Source of the DNA: Kayfunavirus AN17P1
Strand: one strand, 5' to 3'
DNA length: 39,656 bases
Sequence record: OZ035755.1
The number at the start of each line of letters is the position of its first letter. Positions within the stretch are counted from its first letter, which is position 1. The notes under the pieces were generated by a model, which was not told the origin of the DNA, searched no databases, and saw only the letters and a program-made list of their open reading frames with translations. The translations under genes and the position numbers were made by a program. Positions 1 to 6,455 of the stretch are shown here, piece by piece.

Positions 1-29
1 TACAAAACGATTAAAGGAGGTGGTAAAAC

Positions 30-293
30 ATGACGCAGATGGACTTAGAGAAGTTCCTCTTGATGCTGGATACTGAACGTGCTAGACTCATGCTGCAAGA
101 CCTGCGGGATGACTCTAAGCGTTCACCTCAGCTTTACAACGCCATTGAGAAGCTACTGGCTCGTCACAACTTCGTGCTAAGCAAGGTGTCTGTTGACGAG
201 AAGACGCTCGCTGATATGGAGGCTTTGAACAGGGAGTACGATAAGGTGCTCTCAGCTACTGAGGATAACGACACCGGGTATGGTGTACAGTAA
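30..293 (+). CDS. gene 18: Terminase small subunit / DNA maturation protein A (T7 gp18-like), 87 aa
   Basis: Strong SD AAAGGAGG upstream of ATG; size and position immediately before the spanin pair and terminase large subunit match T7 gene 18 (89 aa). Confidence 0.7.
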   Translation: MTQMDLEKFLLMLDTERARLMLQDLRDDSKRSPQLYNAIEKLLARHNFVLSKVSVDEKTLADMEALNREYDKVLSATEDNDTGYGVQ

Positions 294-346
294 GTGTTAG
301 ACTCAAGGTCATTACTATATGTAGTGGCCTTTATGGTTAACACACA
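294..346 (+). promoter_or_regulatory. Conserved imperfect stem-loop, putative RNase III processing site (R18.5-like)
   Basis: Motif AGACTCAAGGTCATT...GTGGCCTTTATG with outer arms GTGTTA/TTAACAC; near-identical elements at 9451-9492 and 16631-16677; T7 has RNase III sites at the equivalent positions. Confidence 0.4.
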
Positions 347-394
347 CTACGGGCGGAGACGCTACGTGGATTCTGAGAAATGAGGAGGGCAACT

Positions 395-832
395 ATGCTC
401 GAACTTTTACGTAAAGCAATCCCGTGGCTGGTTGCAGGACTCCTGTTCTGTTCTGGCTACTGGGTGGCAGACAATAAGTGGGAGGCGAAGGTAAACAATG
501 AGTACATCACGAAACTTGAGGCACGAGAGAATCAACGGGCTGCTGTCCAAGGTGAAATCAACAAAGTGTCAGCCGAGTGGCAAGACAAGATGTCCGCGCT
601 GGAAGGCTCTACTGATAGGATTATTGCTGACCTTAACCGCGATAACAAGCGGCTGCGCGTCCGAGTCAACACCTCAGGTCTCACCGAGTCAGATGTCAGT
701 AGATGCTTCCCTAATGGTAGAGTCGAACTACACCCAGAAACTTCTAAAAGTCTTATCCGATTAACTCAGGAGGCAGACCTTAAGGAGAAGGCGCTTCAGG
801 ACACAATAAGGAGGCTCCAAGGTGTTAAGTGA
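395..832 (+). CDS. gene 18.5: i-spanin (Rz-like, T7 gp18.5 homolog)
   Basis: Translation MLELLRKAIPWLVAGLLFCSGYW... resembles T7 gp18.5 N-terminus (MLEFLRKLIPW...) as I recall it; N-terminal TM segment; SD GAGGAGG 7 nt upstream of ATG 395 (the track's ATG 380 lies inside the SD). Confidence 0.8.
   Translation: MLELLRKAIPWLVAGLLFCSGYWVADNKWEAKVNNEYITKLEARENQRAAVQGEINKVSAEWQDKMSALEGSTDRIIADLNRDNKRLRVRVNTSGLTESDVSRCFPNGRVELHPETSKSLIRLTQEADLKEKALQDTIRRLQGVK
498..764 (+). CDS. gene 18.7: o-spanin (Rz1-like lipoprotein, T7 gp18.7 homolog) embedded in +1 frame of 18.5
   Basis: 88-aa ORF wholly inside the i-spanin gene in another frame; lipobox-like LTAITSGC followed by Pro/Ser-rich region; same embedded arrangement as T7 18.5/18.7. 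Confidence 0.75.
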   Translation: MSTSRNLRHERINGLLSKVKSTKCQPSGKTRCPRWKALLIGLLLTLTAITSGCASESTPQVSPSQMSVDASLMVESNYTQKLLKVLSD

Positions 833-1259
833 TTACTACAAAGTGGACCCGGCTAGTCCATCCGGTCTGGTCTCCGTTAGGACTGGAAAGCCTGTGGGGA
901 CATTAAGTCGGATGGGATATTGGATAGTACAGACACGAAGTCTAGGCAGTAAGCGGGCCCATCGTGTGATATGGGAACTAACCAATGGTCCTATACCGCA
1001 TGGTATGCAAATAGACCACATCGACAGGAACCCTAGCAATAATACCTTAAGTAACTTACGGCTCGTTACTGCCGCTGAAAACACTTGGAATACTGGTAGC
1101 CATTATGACTCTAAGACAGGAGTGAAGTGCGTTACCCGTCACCAGAATGGTTATAGGATTCAGGTTAAACGCGGGAATGCCTATATGCGAACAACACGTC
1201 CCACTTTAGAGGAGGCTATCGCTGTCCGGGACCTAATGCTGGAGGGACTATATGTCTAA
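822..1259 (+). CDS. HNH homing endonuclease (HNH plus AP2-like DNA-binding region), 145 aa
   Basis: Motif [41 protein letters not shown] typical of phage HNH endonucleases; GTG start with SD AAGGAGG; overlaps the 3' end of 18.5 and the 5' end of terminase; T7 has no gene here. Confidence 0.8.
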   Translation: MLSDYYKVDPASPSGLVSVRTGKPVGTLSRMGYWIVQTRSLGSKRAHRVIWELTNGPIPHGMQIDHIDRNPSNNTLSNLRLVTAAENTWNTGSHYDSKTGVKCVTRHQNGYRIQVKRGNAYMRTTRPTLEEAIAVRDLMLEGLYV

Positions 1260-3018
1260 GAAAACACCCGCTGAAAGACAGGCAGAAATGGTCCAAAGGA
1301 TGAGGGACGACTTCGTGTTCTTCATCTTCGTTCTCTGGAAAGCACTAAGTCTTCCGGTTCCAACCCGCTGCCAGATAGATATGTGTAAGAAGCTGGCTGC
1401 TGGGGATAATCGCCGCTTCATCCTTCAGGCGTTCCGTGGTATTGGCAAGTCGTTTTTGACCTGTGGCTTTGTGGTCTGGAAGCTATGGAATAACCCAGAC
1501 TTGAAGTTCATGATTGTGTCGGCCTCAAAGGAACGAGCCGATGCGAACTCCATCTTCATCAAGCGAATCATCGACCTCATGCCTCAGCTTCGGGAACTCA
1601 AACCTAAGCAGGGGCAGCGAGATGCGGTTATCAGCTTCGACGTTGGACCAGCCAAGCCAGACCACTCACCTTCGGTTAAGTCCGTTGGTATCACTGGTCA
1701 GTTGACTGGTAGTCGTGCTGACATCCTGATTGCCGATGACGTGGAGGTTCCGAACAACTCAGCGACTCAGGCTGCACGAGACCGTCTATCAGAGCTTGTG
1801 AAAGAGTTCGACGCTATCCTGAAGCCGGGAGGTACGATCATCTATCTGGGTACTCCTCAGAACGAGATGACCCTGTACCGTGAGCTGGAAGGTCGTGGGT
1901 ACACCACTACTATCTGGCCCGCTCGTTATCCACGCGACAGGAAGGACTGGCAGTCTTACGGCGACCGTCTGGCTCCTATGCTTCAGGCAGAGCTGGAAGA
2001 GGACCCTGAGTCCTTCTACTGGCGTCCGACTGATGAAGTACGCTTCGATGATACGGACCTGAAGGAACGTGAGCTGTCCTACGGTAAAGCTGGCTTCGCT
2101 CTACAGTTCATGCTTAACCCGAACCTGAGTGATGCCGAGAAGTACCCTCTTAAGCTCCGTGACCTTATCGTAGCCGACTTGGACCCAGCGTCCAGCCCAA
2201 TGGTCTACCAATGGTTGCCGAACCCTCAGAACAAGCGTGAGGACGTTCCTAACGTTGGACTCATGGGTGACTCGTACCACACGTATCAGACTGTAGGTTC
2301 TGCCTTCAGCTCATACACCCAGAAGATTCTGGTCATTGACCCTAGTGGTCGTGGTAAGGATGAAACTGGATATGCGGTACTGTACCAGCTCAACGGCTAC
2401 ATCTTCGCTATGGAAGTTGGTGGCATGCGTGGTGGTTATGAAGACTCTACGCTGGAAGCCTTGGCTAAGATTGGTCGTAAGTGGAAGGTCAACGAGTACG
2501 TCATTGAGGGTAACTTCGGTGATGGTATGTACCTTGAGTTATTCAAGCCTGTAGCGGCCCGTATCCATCCTTCGTCTGTAACTGAAGTGAAGAGTAAGGG
2601 TCAGAAAGAACTCCGCATCTGTGACGTTCTGGAGCCTATCATGGGGTCTCACCGACTTATCGTTAACGCTGCTGCTATAGTCCAAGACTACCAGTCTGCC
2701 TCTGATAAGGATGGTGTTCGTAACCCTATCTACTCTCTCTTCTATCAGATGACACGTATCTCTCGTGAGCGTGGAGCCTTGGCACACGATGACCGACTTG
2801 ATGCGCTGGCTATCGGTGTACAGTTCTTCGTTGAGTCTATGGCTAAGGATGCTAGCAAAGGCGAACGTGAAGTCACTGAGGAATGGCTGGAGGAACAGAT
2901 GGAGAACCCACGGAAAGGCTTCGAGTCCATCCACACTGAGTTCTGGGACAATGGGGTCCGGGTAACTCACGATACGGACGACGAGCTTGGACTAGGGGCA
3001 TACGTTACGTTACACTAG
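1252..3018 (+). CDS. gene 19: Terminase large subunit (T7 gp19 homolog), 588 aa
   Basis: Length and position match T7 gp19 (586 aa); Walker A-like GIGKS and ATPase/nuclease-type motifs (LIADDVEVP); strong SD GGAGGGACTAT before ATG. Confidence 0.95.
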   Translation: MSKKTPAERQAEMVQRMRDDFVFFIFVLWKALSLPVPTRCQIDMCKKLAAGDNRRFILQAFRGIGKSFLTCGFVVWKLWNNPDLKFMIVSASKERADANSIFIKRIIDLMPQLRELKPKQGQRDAVISFDVGPAKPDHSPSVKSVGITGQLTGSRADILIADDVEVPNNSATQAARDRLSELVKEFDAILKPGGTIIYLGTPQNEMTLYRELEGRGYTTTIWPARYPRDRKDWQSYGDRLAPMLQAELEEDPESFYWRPTDEVRFDDTDLKERELSYGKAGFALQFMLNPNLSDAEKYPLKLRDLIVADLDPASSPMVYQWLPNPQNKREDVPNVGLMGDSYHTYQTVGSAFSSYTQKILVIDPSGRGKDETGYAVLYQLNGYIFAMEVGGMRGGYEDSTLEALAKIGRKWKVNEYVIEGNFGDGMYLELFKPVAARIHPSSVTEVKSKGQKELRICDVLEPIMGSHRLIVNAAAIVQDYQSASDKDGVRNPIYSLFYQMTRISRERGALAHDDRLDALAIGVQFFVESMAKDASKGEREVTEEWLEEQMENPRKGFESIHTEFWDNGVRVTHDTDDELGLGAYVTLH

Positions 3019-3027
3019 CTGAATGAA

Positions 3028-3076
3028 TAACTATAGGTGAAAGCTGCATGAATAAGCAGTTAGTAACCTATAGTTA
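3028..3076. repeat. Perfect 11-bp inverted repeat TAACTATAGGT / ACCTATAGTTA with 27-nt loop
   Basis: Arms at 3028-3038 and 3066-3076 are exact reverse complements; arms contain the promoter core ACTATAGG; lies directly after the terminase stop. Confidence 0.5.
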
Positions 3077-3112
3077 CTACCAGTCTAACATACTGTTTTA
3101 TAAGGAGTTTGG

Positions 3113-3136
3113 ACTTAACTATCACTATAGGGAAGA
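3113..3136 (+). promoter_or_regulatory. Phage RNAP promoter (phiOR-like, right end)
   Basis: TTAACTATCACTATAGGGAAG matches the 11-member consensus CTAAACTATCACTATAGGGA; +1 G at about 3130. Confidence 0.75.
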
Positions 3137-3315
3137 CCCCCGGTTACTTATAGTATTACTGTAGTGAATATACATATGCAGACTTTATTCAAGACCTTAG
3201 GAGGCAGACTCCGAGTTCTTACCTAAGGCTTGCACCGATGGAAGGAGGGTGATATTAATCATAATCCCTCCAATACAGATAGTCACCGACCATAGATACA
3301 GGAGGTATGTAGCAT

Positions 3316-3474
3316 ATGGCAAAGACCAAAGCTGTACTTAAAGCTCTGGCGACCAATCGAGCTACATACAGGTTTCTTGCTGCTGTTCTACTTGCTGCTG
3401 GCGTTACTGCTGGAAGTCAGTGGGTCGGGTGGGTCGAGACTCTCGTATGTTCTCTGGTCTCTCAGTGTAATTAA
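3316..3474 (+). CDS. Small membrane protein, 52 aa (gene 19.5 position)
   Basis: ATG with SD ACAGGAGG; translation MAKTKAVLKALATNRATYRFLAAVLLAAGVTAGSQWVGWVETLVCSLVSQCN has one hydrophobic helix; below the 60-aa track cutoff so read directly from sequence. Confidence 0.45.
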   Translation: MAKTKAVLKALATNRATYRFLAAVLLAAGVTAGSQWVGWVETLVCSLVSQCN

Positions 3475-3510
3475 CGCAATCATGATAACAATCAACGAAA
3501 GGAGGTAGGG

Positions 3511-3579
3511 ATGGACGAGGAGTCTTATGGGCCGTTCTCTGACGAAGATTATCAGACGGAGTGGGAATACGCGCATTGA
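3511..3579 (+). CDS. Very small acidic ORF, 22 aa (MDEESYGPFSDEDYQTEWEYAH)
   Basis: ATG preceded by SD AAAGGAGG at good spacing; no other support. Confidence 0.25.
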   Translation: MDEESYGPFSDEDYQTEWEYAH

Positions 3580-3583
3580 AGAC

Positions 3584-3624
3584 CTAAGGTCAGTTCATAG
3601 CTGACGCTACTCTACTGACCTTAG
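3584..3624. repeat. Inverted repeat CTAAGGTCAGT / ACTGACCTTAG (11-bp stem, 19-nt loop) near the right genome end
   Basis: Exact reverse-complement arms at 3584-3594 and 3614-3624; no downstream U-tract. Confidence 0.45.
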
Positions 3625-3699
3625 CTACTGTAGTCAAGGACTTTAGGTAACACCTTAATAGAAGCTCACTTAGGGTCATCCTACTTATTGGTCTATCCT

Positions 3700-4100
3700 A
3701 GTGTCGCCTGACCTACGGTCCTTGACCTACAGTAGCTGCCACCTACAGTATTCGATGAGTTTTGGACCAAAAGTTTGAGACCACATCTCACAGTTCAAGA
3801 ACCTCAAGTCTCCCCATAGGCCCTCTTTCAGTCCAGACCAAAGGCCCTACCCCAGTCTATCATAAGGTTAGACCGATGGTCAAGACTTCAGGTCAACGAT
3901 AGGTTGTGGCTATGGCTTAGGGAAGGACGATAGGTAGGGACTATTGGTCTGTCTTTGAGTCTCTATCTGTATCAGACCTTGAGTCACTACCTACAGTCTA
4001 ACTACCTACAGTCTAACTACCTACAGTCTAACTACCTACAGTCATCGACCATCGGTAATGCCGCTACCTACAGTCAGAGACCTACGGTTAATAGACACAA
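3700..4100. repeat. Genome terminus region: putative direct terminal repeat flanked by CCTAC(A/G)GT short repeats
   Basis: TCTCACAGTTCAAGAACC...CCCCATAGG at 3786 resembles the T7 (TCTCACAGTGTACGG) and T3 left-end sequences as I recall them; repeated GACCTACGGT / CACCTACAGT motifs on both sides mirror the CCTAAAG arrays flanking the T7 terminal repeat; no CDS. Repeat length cannot be read from a collapsed assembly. Confidence 0.5.
3986..4044. repeat. Tandem array, about 3.9 copies of 15-bp unit ACTACCTACAGTCTA
   Basis: Exact copies at 3986-4000, 4001-4015, 4016-4030 and a partial copy at 4031-4044. Confidence 0.9.
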
Positions 4101-4340
4101 GGCTATAGACTTAAGGTCTAAGACATGTTAGTCAAAGACTACATCCTCTTACACCATGGGGCCGACGATAGCTTAATCAATATTATTTCAAATTACCTAT
4201 TGACTATAGGTCCAGATTATGGCCTAATAGCTTCCGTCAACACGACACGGCAACAACCGGATAGTGAAGACGCCTGGTCATCCCGGTTAAGTAGACAGCC
4301 TGATAAGTCATACGAACAACAGGCAGATGACAGAAAGTAG

Positions 4341-4378
4341 TTGACAAGCAGTAACGATAAGATGTAAGCTGTACCACA
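4341..4378 (+). promoter_or_regulatory. Host sigma70 early promoter candidate (T7 A2/A3-like)
   Basis: Perfect -35 TTGACA (4341-4346), about 18-nt spacer, -10 TAAGCT, then GTACCACAT as in T7 A3 (TACGAT-GTACCACAT) as I recall it; about 200 nt upstream of the first early gene. Confidence 0.5.
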
Positions 4379-4486
4379 TCAAAACAACGGTGACGACCGA
4401 CACTGAAACGGTCTACCTGAAGTCCTCTGACTGAAGGGAATGCTCTTTAACAATCTGGATAAACTCTTAATGTGCGCCGATAGCGA

Positions 4487-4543
4487 CTAACTACAGGGTC
4501 TTTGAGTCTACATCTGAAGGCCCTGACTGATAGTCACTAACAA
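4487..4543 (+). promoter_or_regulatory. Conserved leader element, copy 1 (TAACTACAGGGTC ... CCTGACTGATAGTCACTAA), possible RNase III / translation-initiation leader
   Basis: Shares a 19-nt exact block CCTGACTGATAGTCACTAA and a TAACTACAGG(G)TC block with 4842-4892; ends about 17 nt before the start codon at 4560; small CAGGG/CCCTG stem. Confidence 0.5.
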
Positions 4544-4559
4544 CCTAAGAGGATTCATT

Positions 4560-4838
4560 ATGAGACTGAACAAAGCTACAGCAGAAGCCTTTCGCAAGGA
4601 GCTTGAATCAAGATTATTGTGTGGAGTGGCGGAAGGAGCCGCTCGATATAAAGAGAATGGTCTAACGTTCAAGCGCTTTATGTGGGATTGCTATCACGGA
4701 GTGGGCCATAAAAAGTTGCAGGAAATAATCACCAGCAACAATGCAGAAGTGCAAGTGATAGGAGGATATATGGCTAACGTGAAGGATTCACACATCGAGA
4801 CCATGCTTAAGAATGCACTTAACGATGTAGCCTACTAG
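4560..4838 (+). CDS. Hypothetical early protein, 92 aa; first gene to enter the cell, upstream of ocr
   Basis: SD AAGAGG before ATG; uninterrupted ORF; sits behind a copy of the same leader element as ocr; no recognisable family. Confidence 0.6.
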   Translation: MRLNKATAEAFRKELESRLLCGVAEGAARYKENGLTFKRFMWDCYHGVGHKKLQEIITSNNAEVQVIGGYMANVKDSHIETMLKNALNDVAY

Positions 4839-4841
4839 TGA

Positions 4842-4892
4842 TTAACTACAGGTCGTTAGACTGATAGCGGCCTGACTGATAGTCACTAAAAC
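4842..4892 (+). promoter_or_regulatory. Conserved leader element, copy 2, upstream of ocr
   Basis: Contains CCTGACTGATAGTCACTAA (4871-4889) and TTAACTACAGGTC; paralogous to 4487-4543. Confidence 0.5.
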
Positions 4893-4918
4893 ATACTTAA
4901 CTTTGAGAGGATATAACT

Positions 4919-5251
4919 ATGGAACGTAACGCTAACGCATACTATGAGCTGCTGGCTGCAACCGTTGAAGCATTTAACGAGCGTATTCAGTACGACGAAA
5001 TAGCTGAAGGCGATGACTACCACGATGCGCTGCATGAAGTCGTAGACGGTCAGGTTCCGCACTATTACCACGAGATTTTCACGGTGATGGCTGCTGATGG
5101 TATTGACCATGAGTTTGAAGACTCTGGGCTGATGCCTGATACCAAGGATGTGACGCGTATACTGCAAGCTCGCATCTATGAGGCGCTTTATAACGACGTG
5201 GCTGATAGCTTGGATGTAGTCTGGTTTGAGGCTGAAGAGGGAGACGAGTGA
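4919..5251 (+). CDS. gene 0.3 (ocr): Ocr (T7 gp0.3 homolog), DNA-mimic anti-restriction protein, 110 aa
   Basis: Translation ...[46 protein letters not shown]... is closely similar to T7 Ocr as I recall it ([45 protein letters not shown]); acidic C-terminus. Confidence 0.9.
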   Translation: MERNANAYYELLAATVEAFNERIQYDEIAEGDDYHDALHEVVDGQVPHYYHEIFTVMAADGIDHEFEDSGLMPDTKDVTRILQARIYEALYNDVADSLDVVWFEAEEGDE

Positions 5252-5406
5252 TGGTAACTTACGGTCTCTGTCAGCATCACGTCACCAACGCCCGGAGTAT
5301 GGTCAAGACCGGGCAATTAAACCACGATGCGACTATGCGTCACCTGAAAGCGGTCTATGAGGGCCACAAGCGCATACACGACAGTTTGCACGCTGAGGAT
5401 AAGTAA
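5251..5406 (+). CDS. gene 0.4: Small early protein, 51 aa, T7 gp0.4-like (FtsZ inhibitor family)
   Basis: ATGA start/stop overlap with ocr; translation [51 protein letters not shown] shares length and YGL...LKxxYExxKxI pattern with T7 gp0.4 as I recall it. Confidence 0.45.
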   Translation: MVTYGLCQHHVTNARSMVKTGQLNHDATMRHLKAVYEGHKRIHDSLHAEDK

Positions 5407-5519
5407 CGTGTATCATAGCCTGACCATAACGCTGACAGGTGGGTACTGAGTGATAGATGAGAGGTCATCGACTGATAGGTGGCCTCAAAGATTACCACTT
5501 GAATTAATAGGAGTTAACT

Positions 5520-5609
5520 ATGAGTGTGGGATATTGGGTCTGCCTAGCGCCAGTTATCTGGATGATAGGCTATGGGTTATACGACTGTATTAAACGGAAA
5601 TCACTATGA
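5520..5609 (+). CDS. Small hydrophobic ORF, 29 aa
   Basis: ATG after TAGGAG; translation MSVGYWVCLAPVIWMIGYGLYDCIKRKSL; stop overlaps the next ORF start. Confidence 0.25.
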   Translation: MSVGYWVCLAPVIWMIGYGLYDCIKRKSL

Positions 5610-5803
5610 GTCTTGCACTATTGATAGCAATAGGCTATGGACTTATCGCCTACGTGCTGGTGAGTGACATTAACAAGGCGCGTAAAGTCTACAAATTCAA
5701 CTATGTACGTCTGGGCCGCTGGACCGTACGTCAACCTAACGGACGATTCATGCGCAACCTAGCGAACGTATGGGATATAGCAACCTTAGGGAGCAAACTG
5801 TAA
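5606..5803 (+). CDS. Early membrane protein, 65 aa
   Basis: N-terminal TM segment (LALLIAIGYGLIAYVLV); position equivalent to the T7 0.5/0.6 region. Confidence 0.45.
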   Translation: MSLALLIAIGYGLIAYVLVSDINKARKVYKFNYVRLGRWTVRQPNGRFMRNLANVWDIATLGSKL

Positions 5804-5853
5804 TGCGCAATACTTGTAGCAAGCGCACTCAAATATCTTCAGGAGAATAAGTA

Positions 5854-6075
5854 ATGAATATAATTAAGGCAGCCACGGAGTCTATTAGCGCCATATTCCT
5901 ACCACGGCAAGAGGTATGTACCTCCCACAAGTTCATACTATCTTGCGTTGTCGGCGACGAGTTTGATGGTTTTGATAAGCTCGTTGTATGTGATTATTGT
6001 GGTCAAGAAGCTATACAGCACTCAAACGGTAAATTCGAACTAATTAACGAGGAAGGGGACGGCGATGGTGAATAA
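5854..6075 (+). CDS. Early Cys-containing protein, 73 aa; N-terminus resembles the start of T7 gp0.7
   Basis: SD CAGGAGAATAAGTA-ATG; N-terminus MNIIKAATESISAIFLP resembles T7 gp0.7 MNITDIMNAIDAIKALP as I recall it; four Cys including CDYC; far too short for a kinase. Confidence 0.45.
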   Translation: MNIIKAATESISAIFLPRQEVCTSHKFILSCVVGDEFDGFDKLVVCDYCGQEAIQHSNGKFELINEEGDGDGE

Positions 6076-6358
6076 CAAAAACAACGTATTTGGATACTTG
6101 GTGACAGGCTACCGACACGGAACCTCAAGTCACACCGCACGTCAACAGCAGGAGCGTGACAGGGTACTGCAAGCAAGACTCCGAGCTGAGGGCCATAAGT
6201 CCGAACTGTTGTGTCTGGCGTATGGTGGACGACCAATCACTGATGATGGTAAACTTCTGGTCTCAGGCTGGAAGGCGATAGACCAACGGTCAACCATCAA
6301 GCACACGACCCATGGTGACTTCAGCCATCTTCACGCTAACCCACTGATATGCAAGTGA
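6065..6358 (+). CDS. Hypothetical early protein, 97 aa
   Basis: ORF overlapping the previous stop; last gene before RNAP; no family recognised. Confidence 0.45.
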   Translation: MVNNKNNVFGYLVTGYRHGTSSHTARQQQERDRVLQARLRAEGHKSELLCLAYGGRPITDDGKLLVSGWKAIDQRSTIKHTTHGDFSHLHANPLICK

Positions 6359-6363
6359 TTCTG

Positions 6364-6387
6364 ACTTAACTATCACTATAGGACTCA
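6364..6387 (+). promoter_or_regulatory. Phage RNAP promoter upstream of the RNAP gene
   Basis: CTTAACTATCACTATAGGACTC fits the consensus; +1 G about 6381, 75 nt before the gene 1 ATG. Confidence 0.65.
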
Positions 6388-6455
6388 AGGTCTAAGACTC
6401 CAAGTGAAAGACCAAAGAGACTTTAAGTGAAAGACTAATAACAAGGACTTTAAGT

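Noticed and set aside
380-394. ATG 380 as the 18.5 start
   Set aside because: It sits inside the Shine-Dalgarno sequence for ATG 395, which matches the T7 gp18.5 N-terminus.
1514-2554. Plus-strand alternate-frame ORFs inside terminase (1514-1705, 1880-2062, 2336-2554) and similar ones inside other large genes
   Set aside because: Embedded out-of-frame ORFs without SDs in well-conserved genes; expected by chance in a genome of about 50 percent GC.
3986-4044. Tandem 15-bp repeats considered as a possible CRISPR-like array
   Set aside because: Units are directly adjacent with no spacers, only 15 bp long, and lie in the genome-end region; they fit the terminal-repeat-flanking arrays of T7-like phages, not CRISPR.
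4125-4340. 71-aa plus-strand ORF in the left-end leader
   Set aside because: No SD; overlaps the region holding host-promoter-like elements and terminal-repeat-flanking repeats where T7 relatives are non-coding; composition looks non-protein-like.
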